Assembly (NCBI GenBank): GCA_973895155.1
Contig: OZ316892.1
Span: 30,138,932 to 30,202,931 of the forward strand
Reading direction: 5' to 3'
Length of the DNA: 64,000 bases
Origin: Marsupella aquatica
Taxonomy: Eukaryota > Plantae > Marchantiophyta
Shown here piece by piece: positions 36,856 to 50,210 of the stretch. Both the position numbers and the translations under genes were made by a program. The notes under the pieces are model-generated. The model was given only the letters and a program-made list of their open reading frames with translations, did not search any database and was not told the DNA's origin. How positions within the stretch are numbered: position 1 is the first letter of the stretch; every line of letters begins with the position of its first letter.

Positions 36856-39543
36856 TCACCAGTAATCACCACAGGAACAGATGCCACCTTTGAAATGATG
36901 AAAGCGATTTGCATCCCTCGCTATAATCTCGCGTCCTGTCACCTTAGAGATAAACTTGGTTGCTGTATGGCAGTCTGGACACACCCGAAGGTTCTTAGTT
37001 ACACGAATTGGTTCTTCCGGAGGTGTGTGAATTAGTCCGTAAGCAATAGCCAACTTCTCACTATGAGAGCAAAGAGCTAGTTCTTTATCGTCCTCATTGA
37101 TATCATGCAACACAAGCCGGGTATCGGGAATGTAGCCTTCAGCCTTCAGTTTTGCAGTCAATTTATTGAGCTCAGTATATATCGCCTTTGCTTCTGGGTG
37201 AGATGTATCCGCTGCAACAAATTCATGGATCTTGTTATCAACTTCAATCCAGCAACGCCCTGGCTCCTTGCGGACACCTCTCTCTTGCATCATAGTGCGC
37301 ACAGATGACACCTTCTCCCACTTCCCAGCTGCAGCATAGATATTGGAGAGCAGCACATATGTAGAGGCCTTACCGGGTTCCAACTTGAAAAGCTCATTAG
37401 CGGCCAGTTCGCCCAACTCCAAGTTACCGTAAGTTCTACAAGCCCCAAGCAAGGCTGTCCAAGTTACATCATTTGGTTCGATCGGCATCTCACTGATGAA
37501 TTGCTTTGCTTCCTCTAAGTGTCCCGCCCGCCCAAGAATATCCACCATGAGGTTATAGTGAACAACAGTTCGCTCGATACCATAATCTTGAGTCATAGCT
37601 GAAAAGATTCTACGGCCATCATCAACAAGGCCCCCATGAGAACAGGCTAACAACACAGCTATGAATGACGTCTCGATGGGAGTCACATGGTCTCCATTCA
37701 TTTTTCTGAAAAGTTCCAGGGCTTCATGCCCATGTCCATGTTGTGCAAGTCCACCAATCATTATGTTCCATGTGATTACATCGCGTTTCTCCATTCTGTC
37801 GAAAACCAATCGGGCATCATCTATACTGCCACTCTTTATATACACGTGAACGAGTGCACTACCCACACGCAAATCCGACTCCAGTCCGGCTTTGCAAGCG
37901 TGGCCATGAATCTCCTTCACCCACTCCAAAGCCCCCGCCATTGCAGATGCATTCAGGATACTCACGTAAGTGAATGCATCTGGTTCTAAACCTTCTCGTC
38001 GCATTTGAAGAAACAGTCGATATGCTTCCGCACCAGGACCACGTTCGGCATATGCTCCAATCATAATATTCCATGTAATGACATTTCGATTGGTCAACTT
38101 TTCAAAAACATTCCTTGCCTCGGTGATGCACCCACATTTTGCGTACATCAGTACGAGGGCAGTCCCTACACGCACGTCCGATTCAAAGCCGACATGTCGA
38201 ACACGCTCATGAATTTCTTTTCCGCGTGGTAGAGATAATGGGCTGGCACATCCTTTCAGCATGGTCAGATATGTGATCTCATTAGGCTGCACGCCGCCTT
38301 GGCGCATTTGATTGAAAAGCTCGAATGCAGACTGAACATGATCACTCTTAGCATATCCTGCAATCATGTTGGTCCAAGTAATAACATTCTTCTTCTTAAG
38401 TTGATCAAAAACTCGGCGTGCATCCAACAATGCCCCACATTTAATGAACACATTCATGAGGGTTACCGCCACATATTGATTCTTATCCATTCCACTCTGG
38501 ATGATGTGGTCTTGCACCTGCTTCACCGCTAAAAGGTCTTTCTGTTTTGAGCACATCTGCAGAACTTTCACATATGTGTACGAGTTTGTAATAATGCCTC
38601 GTTGCAGACGATTCTGCAACACAGCAATTGCTTGACTCGTGGTCCCCACGCCATGCATGTCACTACTACCATCCCGTTGTGCACTGTCTCGAGAGCAATC
38701 TCTGCTGCCAGAATTGGAAAGAGATCGTAATCCGCCTTGACCAGTCAAATCGAGCCCTGCCTCCCTCCAATTTACTTTCCTGAGCAGCTCCTCGGTTATC
38801 AGGTGTTGCCTTCCTAAATTGTCAGGCACCCTTTCTTCACAGATAGCTGAAGATTGCTTCTTTTCCTCCCTGGATAGAGGTTCCGGCTTTCGAATCTCTT
38901 GTACACCGTTTGCTGTCATACATCTGGTTAATTTCGCTTTTATGTCACCTGTTCGTTCGAGTTGCACTTTCAAGCTGTCAGTGTTCTGTTGACGTGATTC
39001 AATCCCACCGACGACTTTATGTGAAGGGTTCCGATTCTGCTCGATCACCTTTGCAGCTTCCCTCCAAGTGGCAGCTCCTGGGCGAGTTTTAGCGGATGGT
39101 GCCTCCAGCTGTGCTACATGGTTGTCATGCCCCGTTACACTTTGAAAACCAGCGCGGGCTTCAGCTTCCCCTTTGTGTTCAGGCTGTGCTGATTGAGCTT
39201 CCCTCCCGTATAGCTCGGCAGCGTTCTTCTGAAGCTTCCACTGATCACGAAATGCGTCGAGCTCGTGCTGCACCCGCCGTAGGCACGGATTGTAAATTTT
39301 TGCCACGCCAGACATCTGCCGTTTGACGGGGCCCACAATTTCATATGCACGAGATTGCAATCTGCCTTGAGTAATCAATTTGAGCCTTGCCTTCACCCAT
39401 GCTTGAGTAGAGCAGACATCTACCCATAGTGCTTTCCTTGTCATCTTATGATTAAACTCGGGTGTTCTGGGCTTCCTCTGTGGGCACCACAACCCACCAT
39501 CAGATCGACCAGCACAAAATGCAAGCGACTCCACGAGGTGCAA
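36856..39543 (-). CDS. PLS-class PPR-E-DYW protein (gene 3), short array with long N-terminal extension
   Basis: 895-aa frame (TTG start; first ATG at 39444) with L-S, 2x P-L-S, P2-L2-S2, E1/E2, HSEKLA..CPDCH..CSCGDYW. Confidence 0.95.
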   Translation of the reverse strand: MHLVESLAFCAGRSDGGLWCPQRKPRTPEFNHKMTRKALWVDVCSTQAWVKARLKLITQGRLQSRAYEIVGPVKRQMSGVAKIYNPCLRRVQHELDAFRDQWKLQKNAAELYGREAQSAQPEHKGEAEARAGFQSVTGHDNHVAQLEAPSAKTRPGAATWREAAKVIEQNRNPSHKVVGGIESRQQNTDSLKVQLERTGDIKAKLTRCMTANGVQEIRKPEPLSREEKKQSSAICEERVPDNLGRQHLITEELLRKVNWREAGLDLTGQGGLRSLSNSGSRDCSRDSAQRDGSSDMHGVGTTSQAIAVLQNRLQRGIITNSYTYVKVLQMCSKQKDLLAVKQVQDHIIQSGMDKNQYVAVTLMNVFIKCGALLDARRVFDQLKKKNVITWTNMIAGYAKSDHVQSAFELFNQMRQGGVQPNEITYLTMLKGCASPLSLPRGKEIHERVRHVGFESDVRVGTALVLMYAKCGCITEARNVFEKLTNRNVITWNIMIGAYAERGPGAEAYRLFLQMRREGLEPDAFTYVSILNASAMAGALEWVKEIHGHACKAGLESDLRVGSALVHVYIKSGSIDDARLVFDRMEKRDVITWNIMIGGLAQHGHGHEALELFRKMNGDHVTPIETSFIAVLLACSHGGLVDDGRRIFSAMTQDYGIERTVVHYNLMVDILGRAGHLEEAKQFISEMPIEPNDVTWTALLGACRTYGNLELGELAANELFKLEPGKASTYVLLSNIYAAAGKWEKVSSVRTMMQERGVRKEPGRCWIEVDNKIHEFVAADTSHPEAKAIYTELNKLTAKLKAEGYIPDTRLVLHDINEDDKELALCSHSEKLAIAYGLIHTPPEEPIRVTKNLRVCPDCHTATKFISKVTGREIIARDANRFHHFKGGICSCGDYW

Positions 39544-39764
39544 TGAATTGTTTTGGATTTGTTTCTGAAGTCAAGACCATATTTCTACAATAAAAAAGGT
39601 AACAACACGATAGCAGACCGGTAAGTCCCTGATTCTACGGCTAGAACCCTAACCTCCGATCTGTCAAGAATGCAATGGTCCTAAAATAGAATACCGAAAT
39701 AATTGTGAGGGCCATATCCAGGTAGCTAAAAGAATCTGTATGCTCGTTCACACTCCAGTCACTT

Positions 39765-40380
39765 TGCAGTCCTGGCAGTATGGAAATGCAGGGGAACCAT
39801 CGCTATGGCAACGGAGTTCAATGGATCAATGATGCCAGCGTTGACTAAACCCTAAACCCTAAACTCCATATACACCTGAGCGTATAAATCCACTGATAGG
39901 CATTATAGAAGAGTTGACTTATCCACATCAAACCAAGGTAGGGAGAACTCCCCCAAAAATCAATACAACTGCAGAAAATGCACCTAATTAGGACAGCGTT
40001 GAGCTCTCTCCTAAAGGTTTTCCCTTCCCTACGAGTAACTCCGCCTGTTTGTAATAGAGTCCTTTTCCCAAGGCTTTTGCATGGTTTGCACAACTCAAGT
40101 TACACCAGAATTTGTGTTAACAATTACAAACAATTATAGTGAAAGCCGACTCCTTCCAAGTTTACACTAACCATGCTGCTTGAAAGGGGCACAACAAATT
40201 CATCGACTGTAATTGATTAACTAATTCAACAATGCCAGTGCTGCAACGCCTCGTTACTTCAGCCGCTCATCTCCCTAAACATAACAGAACATGAAGGAAT
40301 CATTTGTAGTTAGAGATAGAAAAGTCACACACCTCTTGCCTCATCGTATCCAATCACTATGCTCTTCCGCTCCAGAAGCT
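39765..40380 (-). pseudogene. CPN60: Chaperonin-60 exon/intron remnant upstream of gene 3
   Basis: Inverted homolog of 59970-60590; reads LLERKSIVIGYDEAR|intron|..NAGIIDP. Confidence 0.75.
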
Positions 40381-40393
40381 CCAGAAGACGATG

Positions 40394-41871
40394 AATCAGT
40401 CTAAGTAAAGCAATCTTGCAGCGTCCTCAAATTTCAAGTCTATCTTTCCACTAAGGAAAGAAAATTCACTAGGCGAAGGCTCTGTTGGGGAAACCTTGCC
40501 CGGACAGAGGAATCTCACCTCAACGTAACAGTTGGAGGAACCCCTAGAGGCATGGCAGTAGCAGTATCGTCTCCACTAAGAATTGCTGTACTCCTTTTAA
40601 GAATTATCCCAGCTTTGCCATCCAAACTTGAGAATCGAAACTCCAAGTTTTGAGAAGAAATACTGTGAGAATTTCTACCTTTCCAATCCCAACGCAACCA
40701 CCGTCATACCTGCACATTGCCCTCTGAAAAACTTTGGCGCAAGTGCTCTTGTTTATCGCCCTCCAAGAAAGAACCCTTTTCCAACCGAATTGTCCTGCAT
40801 ACCAAACAAAAATTGACGACATCTCTTGAAAGAAGAACTTGTGAACAAGTGATATGCAGACCGTGTAATTAGCAAATTGGGCAGGCTCGACAATTCTTTC
40901 AGAACAACAAGTCGAAGCAAGTGGGAACAAAATTGATCCAGATTGGGCAATAAAAGAAGCGCATAAACGAAGATAACCTTTGAAGTTCGACATGTCTGAA
41001 AAAAAAAGAGGCAACTGCACATAATTGCGGGCAGCAGGAGACGTCATCCGAGGATTGAGCAGCACTTGAACCAGGACGGGGAGACGAACATGTATCGCGG
41101 GTTGAAGAAGAGATCCTGTCCCGCTTCCTTGGGTACTAAGAGTTGAGAAATATTGTTGGCCAACAATTTAGGGTTGAAACGCAGAAGAACATCGAGTAAA
41201 GCTAGGGCCTTACTAGGAATTCTCTGTCCAAAGGACATCGTGAGAGGCCGTGTAAAACGCGAACCTCACAGGGATCACTGGATTCGTCAGCATGCAGCTA
41301 TACACAGGTCGGTACCAGCTCCCCGAGAAGCAACTTAAGCACCATTAAATAATGAGCTAAGACGAGTAATTCGAGCAGATTGTGAATTCTACAAGCATTG
41401 TTAGCTTGCGACAGCCCGGGATATCCACCGGAGATCTCCTTGGATTCATGTAGAGATATTGGTGGCGAGGAGGAAAAGGCACTGTTAAACCTGATCTGTT
41501 ACTCGAATTTTCTCGCACAAACCGTCCTCTGTCACTCGGACTTCAGCTGAACTGAGCCCAGCTAAGTGAGCCGAACTGCGCTATTCCAAGTCCGAACTGC
41601 GATTCGACTGGGAATTGTTTGCCTCCCGTCTTACAGCAGTTTCCTAAAACGGTTGTGCCGCTGATCCAATTGAGGTGAGTAAAAGAAGAGATCTGACTGG
41701 ACGATGATGTCCTGAGGATTCTCAATGGGCACAACTATCTGCATCACTCCGAGAAAAACTGAACTCAATATCAAACAACGATGCCGTGGTCGTTTGAGAG
41801 AATACATCACTGTTCACGACTCTTCATTTTGTCTCAAGACCAGATTGATCGCACGAGGACGATAATCATTC
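40394..41871 (-). repeat. 1478-bp near-identical copy of 13154-14631 (gene 2 upstream region)
   Basis: Constant offset of 27240, no net indel, roughly 17 substitutions counted by eye. Confidence 0.95.
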
Positions 41872-42019
41872 TAAACTCAATTCACACTTCGGTTATCTTG
41901 CTTACCTTGACCAGATTTTTTAATTTTTGTACCCTACAAATTGGAATGACTCCCACTCTAAAAAGTGGGGCAAGTGTGTATTATAGTTTAGTATTTTATG
42001 TCATATGTCCAGGGCCAAG

Positions 42020-42278
42020 GCCAAGACAACCCCGTCTCTTTGGCCATAGCCAGAAGTCGACAGGACCCCAAGAACCGAGCCACCACAGGAGGAATACGAC
42101 CCCCGCAACATGGGCACATGACCCCCCCCAGCCCCGCAACATGGACAGAGACATGGAACAACTCAGAAAAACATCAAGGACTAGTTTGTGCCTCTATCGT
42201 GTTAGGACAGCCCGAAACGCAACCCGGGGAAGGAATGCTACAGTAGTCGCCAATCAAGAGCTTGGAAAACCCTGATTG
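42020..42278 (-). repeat. Inverted copy of 14635-14930 (segment preceding the CRE-like RT)
   Basis: aaacatcaaggactagtttgtgcctctatcgtgttaggacagcccgaaacgcaacccgggg...cttggaaaaccctgattg is the reverse complement of 14635-14740. Confidence 0.85.
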
Positions 42279-44699
42279 CCACAATAATAACGTGACATAG
42301 CAACTAGTCACAGGCGTCCCTGCATACCAGGCACCAATCAACAGCCTCAATTGTAAGTCAAAGGATATCCGGTCGTAGTCGTTCCTAAGCCTACGTTGGA
42401 CATCTATCCAAGCCTTGGCCCTAAGCTGCCTAGTACACTTCCTGTGTGCCCCCTTAAAGGTGTCACACAAGGCTGTTAATTAAATTTTGAGCTTATTAAA
42501 ACTTATAATTACCTCTTTGTGTGTAATTTCAGTGTAGTTGAAAGCTTAGGCCTTGGTCAACTTTGAACCTAGAAGATTGAGTGAGAAATTAATAGTGATA
42601 GTTTTAAGGTAGAGTAACTTTTGTGATATTTTTATCAAATCGTTGTAGGTCATGAGAAACTCTGAATTTTTGAATAGATAGATTTTAGATAGAGAAATCT
42701 ACCCAAAAAATGTCAGGCAAAACGGACATGTCGTTAGGAAGTTAGGGTCATTTTTGTTTCGCATATTAACACTTTGACACTTAAAATAGTTTTTTGTTTT
42801 TGCAACTTTATACTAAATTGGCTTCTTTAGGTATTTTATTGGTAGATTTTGATTAGTCTAAAAAGTATGAAATAATTTCCAGAGTGGAGATTATACGTAG
42901 TAGAAGGAGCTGGAACAATTTTCAGCACTTTTGGAGATCAGGTTAAGGAGTTAAAAATAGTTTTGGGAGACACTTTGACAGTTTTGACGACTTGGACGTC
43001 CCGGCCGGAATACGTCCAGGACGTCAACGTCCTGATGACTTTAGATGGCCAAGACTACTTTTCAACACTTTTCACCAGAAAACTCAGAGCTTTAGGCCCT
43101 AGTCGGTGATCAGTCTGATTGAGGCATGGAATTAGGTAGAAGTGAAAACTCCATCAACAATTGATTGATGAGATATGGTGTATTAGGTGATCATCAGTTG
43201 CAGGCAACGAAGTGAAGTAGTCATGGCCTGGAAAGACAAATCGAATTGGAAAGATAATGTCAAATCACAAGTCGTTGAAGTCGAAATCGCGAAAACTCGT
43301 GGTAAGAAAAAATCAGCAACATCAAATATTTTATGGCGCCACATTTACTTGACCAAATTGGCTGATATTCTTTGAGGAGGTAGAAGGGAAGTAGGCGCAC
43401 TTTCTGGCAAAATATGAGCACCAACCAAGGTCTGGTTGGTGAGAGAAAAATCAGATGCCGGAGGGGGGTCTGCAGCTTCCAATTTTTCTGCACGAAATTT
43501 GATTCTATGATTTGAAGCATGTGGACCAAGATTGAATGGAAGTAGGAGATTGATTAAGAGCTAGTAAGATAGAAGAATACTTAGCCCATGGTGAGAATTG
43601 GATTGGAGTGGCTAAAGAGTATTTAAGGATTGTAGTTTCTTGTGTTGAGGGATAGATGCTTGGTTGCTTAGTAGAAATTTCACCCATATGGAGGGGAACT
43701 AAGATCAACAAGCATATGATCCCAGAGTTGGATAATTGTAGAGAAGTGAGGAGAAGTACCCCGGACAGTGGTTCCATTTGTACCAGGAAATTTATGATGT
43801 TACATAAAGTCTCTTCTTCTTACATCCTTCTTTGCTATGACTTCAATTCTGTAGTTAGCATGAGAATTGAGTTTTAGAGAGATCGAATACCTGGATGCTA
43901 CCTGTGCTCAAGCCGGTTGATTTCCCGGATGTTCAATATGCTTTGTATGGTGTGCTTTGCTATTAATCCTTGGTGTCCCATTGGCCAAAGTTACCCCTGG
44001 GAGTGACACTCTAATTTCTAGAGCCGGGAGGTGATTTTTGACTAGGGGAGCTGCTAAAGTCTTATGCTTGAGATCGTGTTGTAGTCGGGAGCTATGGGCT
44101 CAGCCCCTAGTTCCATTCTACACACCAATTGATGGTAAAAATAGCAGCATAACAACAACACAACTTATGGCGTACCGAGCAGGGTTTTCTCAGTGACCTG
44201 TTGGTTTGTTGTCAAAATGTAAGATCAACTAGAAGCTGTGGTGTGACTTCAGGTTCTCGATGGTCTGGGCAGTACACCTTGGCATCATATTGGCGGTTCC
44301 TTATGAAGCCTTGGTGCCTCTAGTTGTGAGCTTTTAGTAGAGGCTTGCTTGCAGGTTTTCCCTGGCTACCCTACTTGAAGCATATTAGTAAAAGTTGCAC
44401 TCTCATATGGAGGGAGTCCTTGTGGAGAGTTAGGTTGTTTTGTCGTTGTAGTCCATTGTTTTGAAGTGGAGAAAGCTCTCCAGCCTCTTGGAAGATAGAG
44501 GTGGGGTTTGTTGGTTCCATAAAGTATTTACATCCATTTTCCGCTTGTGGTCCCACCCTAAGCTCTTCCATGGGAACAAACTGGTAGAGATAGCAATATC
44601 TTTGCTTGGGTTGTGTGTTACCCGTGAGTTACCCTCCACGACACTTTCTACTCAAGGGAAACCTATGACTCACAGCGAAGAGGTGATTGGCAATCTTTG

Positions 44700-46506
44700 A
44701 GAAGACCAGTCCTAGATCAAACACACGACAGCCGCTAGCTTGGAACATATGAGTATTTTGTCCCAACCATAGCATCCACAGTATTTGGTACAAAACAAAC
44801 AGCTTACTTAGCCATGTGGATGTGATCTTTCCTGTACCCCGCCTCTAGCAGAGACAGTAGCCCCTGGCCGATAGGCAAACAAAGGTCACTCAGATAGAAC
44901 CTGCAGAGTCACCAACACTTCTCCACGTGTACACATTGGAAGAAAAGGTGGGGGATGGTCTCCAACACTCCCAGACACAGCTTACATTCGCCGTTGCTCA
45001 CCTTCATACATAGAGCCCTAGCCCCAATGAAGAGCCCTCCTACAATAATCCGCCATATATATGTTTTTCCCCTGGCCGGCAAGTCCGATCCCCATAGCTT
45101 AGTCCATCCAAGACTCCACTCCATCTCAGAGCGAGACAACGACCAAATATGATTCAGTCTGGCTAAGGTCAAGACCTTTGGTCTCAAGAACTGGTACACA
45201 CAACAGTTCTCAATTTTAAAATCCTTAAGAGTCTCAGTCTTGTCTGCCCACCTCCACTATTTAGCGTACAAAAAACAATCATACCGACATGCATTCAACT
45301 CCATAGGGTCTCCAGAAACTCTCCAACTAGTATTATGTGTTCCATTGAGTAACCCTGAAGTTGGTTCCGTCTCCAAGGTATGTCCTTCTAGCCGCCCTCC
45401 TCACTGGACCATCCATCACCAATCATCCAAAGTCCAACCTGCCACAGAAAGCTGCAATCCCTGTGATGTCTTCGTTAGGGAGAGAGCCAAAACCTTAAGT
45501 ACATTGAAGGGCATTGTATATGCTCCACCAGGCTGGTGCCCCAAATGGCCCAGGCATGAAAGATAGGTTAGCCCTCACTAGTGCCCAACTCCTCCATAGA
45601 CACCTGTGTATGTCAACCCTCCGCAGGATTGTGGTGTGCACAAAAGGAGCTTGTCCTGGAAAGTGTAACCATTGCGTCTGATCACCTTATATATAGTTCA
45701 TCCATCCCATTAGAGAAAGATTGGCCTCCAGCATTCTCGCCCACTCCGTGTGTGGAGTTTTCAAAGCCTTGGTGAACCACTGGGACAGGAGAGCATCCGA
45801 GTGGCTTTGAAAGTCTTTAAATCCAAGACCCCCTCTACACGGGGGAGAGCCATCTTGGCCCAGGCCACCAACGGAACCTTCTTGCCCCCTGCAGGGTTAT
45901 ACCCCCACAAGAAGTCCCTACAGAGCGCCACCAGCTTCTTAGCAAGACCAGCATAAGCTTTTAAATACATTACATGATAAATAGGGATAGCTTGTAGGAC
46001 GTGCTTGACTAGTAACATTCTTCCAGGGAACGAGAGCAACTTGTTTGTCCACGCCGATAGTATGCAGCTGATCTTATCTAAGCAGAATATGTGTAGTTGT
46101 TCAGTGAGTAGTCCCCCTCCAATAGGTGCCCCAAGTATTTTTGAACCTCGCCCTTCTCACTGATACGGCAGCCAGTGGTCGCCAGCCATGCCGGCACCAC
46201 CTCCAACGCTAGGGGAATCACAACTGATTTCTCAAGGTTCAGCCTAGCACCCGAGGCCATCTCCAATGCAAGGATAAAACATCCCCACATCATCCGCAAA
46301 AAGTTGGTAGCTGATTGTGAGCTCCTCTGTGATTTTCAGGCCATGTAGTCTTCCCTCATTCATCTTAGCATCTAGAAAGTCCATGAGTGGTTGGGTGGAT
46401 ATCACAAAGAGCAGCGGTGATAGAGGGCATCCCTACCTTACCCCACGCTTAAGTACAATGGGACTAGAGAGAAAGCCATTCACTAATACTTTAGAGGAGG
46501 GTTGTG
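44700..46506 (-). mobile_element. Decayed L1-clade LINE ORF2 (RT part and zf-RVT)
   Basis: VLVNG..RGVR*GCPLSPLLF; ASGARLNLEKS..KYLG; LSFPGRMLLVKHVLQAIPIY; CKLC..ETIPHLFFQC; the YADD region is deleted. Confidence 0.9.
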
Positions 46507-49304
46507 TCCACTGCTGGCCATAACTATGCAAGAATAGCCAGGATTTGAGAGTTGTGGATCGACATGAGTGGAGGAACTTTAGGTTTGTTGCAAAGAACCT
46601 TCACCGTTTACTGTGGCTGTTGACAGACCTTAGGAGACACTTGGAGGCCAAGGCCGAGCCTGAGCCTGAGCTATGGCCGGGCACAATAGTGGTCTGGCCC
46701 CACCCAGGTGTGGAAGTTGAGTTTGCTCCGCCCTCAAAGCGAATCCGGATCCTTCACAGATGTGATGATGGATCAAACACCGATCATGGCAATGAATTGG
46801 AGGGCTTGGACCCTGTTGCAATGTATGAAGCACGGATTGCACTTCGCAGACTCGGTCATAGGGATTGGAAGATGCGTGAGTAGGCAATTGTAGTTGCCAC
46901 GGCGCTGGACAACATGCAGAATTTTGTAGCCATCCTACCCACGGGTTCCGGGAAATCAGCCATTTTCTTGGTAGTCGCTTGGAGTAGTGGAAAGACGGTG
47001 GTTGTCGTTGTTCCTCTGTATGTGTTGATCCACACTCAGATGGCGGAGTGCTAGGCCGCAGGTTTTGATTGTTTGGAGTTCAGGGTGAGCTATATCCCTG
47101 TGGCAGAGGTGCCTCCACTCGTGTTTGTCCCTATCAAGATTGCCATCCAAGAGAGTTTCCAAAGTTGGGCCAGACAACTCATTTGCGCCGGCAAATTGCA
47201 TTCAATTGTCATAGATGAGGTGCATCAGGTGTTGTGTCCCTACCGTCAGTCCATGGCGCAGCTCTCTCTGGCTTTTCCAACTGCATTGTCAGCTGATTGG
47301 ATTGATGACCTCTCTACCGCCCCGCAAGGAAGCGGCGTATGGTGGAAGTTGGGAAGTCCATGGAAGGTGATTTGGTCCTATACAACATGACTTAACCTTG
47401 AGTACAGAGTTGTGGACAATGAGGCCCGACTGGATTTGAAAATCGTGGAACTTCTACACGATTGGGTGGCCGCCGCCGGCATAGAGGACAGAGCTCCGGT
47501 TTACACTATGACAAAGAATGAAGCTGGGATGTGGATCAAACTCTACGACAACATCATGTCCAAAGCTGCTTCTCAACCTCCGATATAGTGAAGGCAGATA
47601 GACTTAGCAAGCTACAAAGTTGGGAGGCGGGCATGCCTAAAGTCATGGTGGCGACCTCAGTGATCTCCTATAGATATAATTATCCCAGCATTTGCTTGGT
47701 TGTGCATCGGGGAGGTTTTTATGGGTTGAAAGAGTACCACCAAGAGTCGGGCAGATGTGGATGGGACGGCCGGCCCGGAGTGTGCATGGTAGTTTCGCAC
47801 AAGGACTATCGCGCGTGGGGCTCTCTGCACCATCTATGCAAATCCAAGGAGTCAACGAGGAGAGCATGAAGATGGCGCACCAATGGATCGTGGACAGTAC
47901 CATTTGTTGGCAATACAAACTTCACCTTGAGATGGACAGGAAGGCACAGGTTTGTGCCCAGCTCCCCAACGGCTTGGCATGCGATGTGTGCCTGGAAGCC
48001 GCGACTGCCATGCCAAGCCAAAGTGGAGGCAATTTGTGACAGGGCCCCAAACCCGGTAGTAACTTAGTGATGACTTATAACTGCATATATAAGTAGAAAG
48101 ACAAGTAGGTGTAGTAAAAGTGTTTGGATTTTCAAATTTTTTATTTTTGTTAGTTCTAATAAATGGATGCGACAACCGGAGGCCGAAGTTGAGAGGGGTG
48201 TCGGGCGGTGATGTATGACAAGGGAACCATTGAGGGGGCACAAGGAGGCCACAAGGCAGCCCAAGGACTTGGAGCCAAGGTGTGGGCATCTTGGAGGGGT
48301 GGGGGCTGGTCGGAGGCTCCACATAAGGCGCAAAACGGGAAGAATGACCAAAATATAGAAAAAGTTGAAACTTAAAAAAGATGTTGCTGCGCTAGTACTA
48401 TTCCAAACATGGTCATGTTTGAATTCATTTTGAAGCCCTCAATGAGCCCCATGCGAAAATGAGGTTCTCTAGTTGATTTTAGGTCTATATCAAACAGTGA
48501 CATCTTGAGGGACCTCAACGCCTGTAAAATGGCAAACTAGACAATCTTGGAGTAGTGATGGTGGGAGGGCCCTTAGAAGGAAGGGGTTCCCACACTTGTG
48601 TTCCCCTTCACCCTTTGTGTGGTCCTCACATGTTTTTTTGCTCTCTTTCCCTTCCCCACCATAGAAGGGCCACCGTAGAAGGGGCCCTCACACTTTCTTC
48701 CTTCCCTTTTTCTCTATTCTCACTTGTGGGGTTTCCATTCATACCTAAACCCTAAACCCTAAACCCTTTCCCTCTTGTGCTTGCTTTCAAAGTGTGTACG
48801 GACCCTGGTTGTACGAACATCAGATTTTCGACCATCTCAAAATCAAGAGTCTATGGGCTTGTTGGAAAGAGCTTGCCGAGCTGAATCCAACAATGTGTCA
48901 CACGACCGAAACGGAGCTAAGACGGGGAAGATACGACAAATCATGTTTTTTGAAAATACGAGGGTTTTGAGGCCGTACGGACGTCCATATGGAAGGAGGT
49001 CCTGGCTTTGCAAGGGAAGGAGGAGGTAGTAGCACATACGGGGAAACCGTGATCCGTGTTTTGCAAAGCCGGGGGAACCGTGTTGTACGGACGAAACGAA
49101 GAGAGATGGTGCCCCATAAAAACTTAAACGATCATATCTTGGCCGTTTGACCTCCATTTTGTGCACCGTTTATGGAGTCGTGATCAAGAAGAGGAGGGCT
49201 CCTCATATATGTTTTCAGAAATGAATTCTGAGAAAATTTTAGTTTCGACAATTATAGGGGCCCCCTCCTTTTACAACGAACCGGTGGTGGCGAACATGAG
49301 GATC

Positions 49305-49711
49305 GGGGCTCAAGCCAAGGCACCGTGAGTGAGGAGGAGGAGGACTGATGAGGAGACCAACTCACGGGGCTCAAGTCAGGGCACCGTGAGTGAGGAGGAG
49401 GAGGACTGATGAGGAGACCAACTCACGGGGCTCAAGTCAGGGCACCGTGAGTGAGGAGGAGGAAGACTGATGAGGAGACCAACTCACGGGGCTTAAGTCA
49501 GGGCACCGTGAGTGAGGAGGAGGAGGACTGATGAGGAGACCAACTCACGGGGCTCAAGTCAGGGCACCGTGAGTGAGGAGGAGGAAGACTGATGAGGAGA
49601 CCAACTCACGGGGCTTAAGTCAGGGCACCGTGAGTGAGGAGGAGGAGGACTGATGAGGAGACCAACTCATGGGGCTCAAGCCATGGCACCGTGAGTGAGG
49701 AGGAGGAGGAC
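49305..49711. repeat. 61-bp tandem repeat (~6.6 copies) with an internal 8-bp inverted repeat
   Basis: caccgtgagt recurs at 49321, 49382, 49443, 49504, 49565, 49626 and 49687; ACTCACGG...CCGTGAGT in the central units. Confidence 0.95.
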
Positions 49712-50210
49712 TAAGGTAGCCGTACGGACCTGTCGTACGACCTCTGGATTTTGAAACTTTTTGGAAGGGTAAATTCACGGGCTTGTTGGAAAGAGCTCGC
49801 GGAGCTGATTCCAACAAGAGGCGGCGCTCCTCAAACGGAGCCAGGATGAGCAAGTTAGGGCCCGACGAAGTTGGTAAGTAAGTGATACTGAAACGGCCAT
49901 AACTTGGTCGTTTGGCCTCCGTTTCGAGAGCGGTTTTGTGATTCATGATCAAGGGGAGTAGGGCTACCCAGGGGTGAGCTCAGAGGTGCAATAGGAGTGG
50001 CACCTAGTTTTGGCAATTATGGGTTTCTTGCATTTTTTGCGGTTCACGAAGTGATGTTGGGGCGTCGTCGAAGGCACCGTTGTCGTGATTTTCTCTTAAG
50101 TTATAAAAAAATTGTTTGTTTTAAATATGCTATAGATTATATAAGTAATTTAGTAGTTAGATTATTAAATTTAAAACTTTATTAAACTTTTTTAGCTATA
50201 TTAACGGACT

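Noticed and set aside
40604-41065. 153-aa ORF as an independent gene
   Set aside because: The 99% identical copy at 13364-13825 has a stop, the gene 1 homolog is frameshifted, and no domain was recognised.
49305-49711. CRISPR array or hammerhead-ribozyme (retrozyme) repeats, prompted by CTGATGA and hairpins
   Set aside because: No unique spacers or cas genes, and the GAAA half of the hammerhead core is absent.
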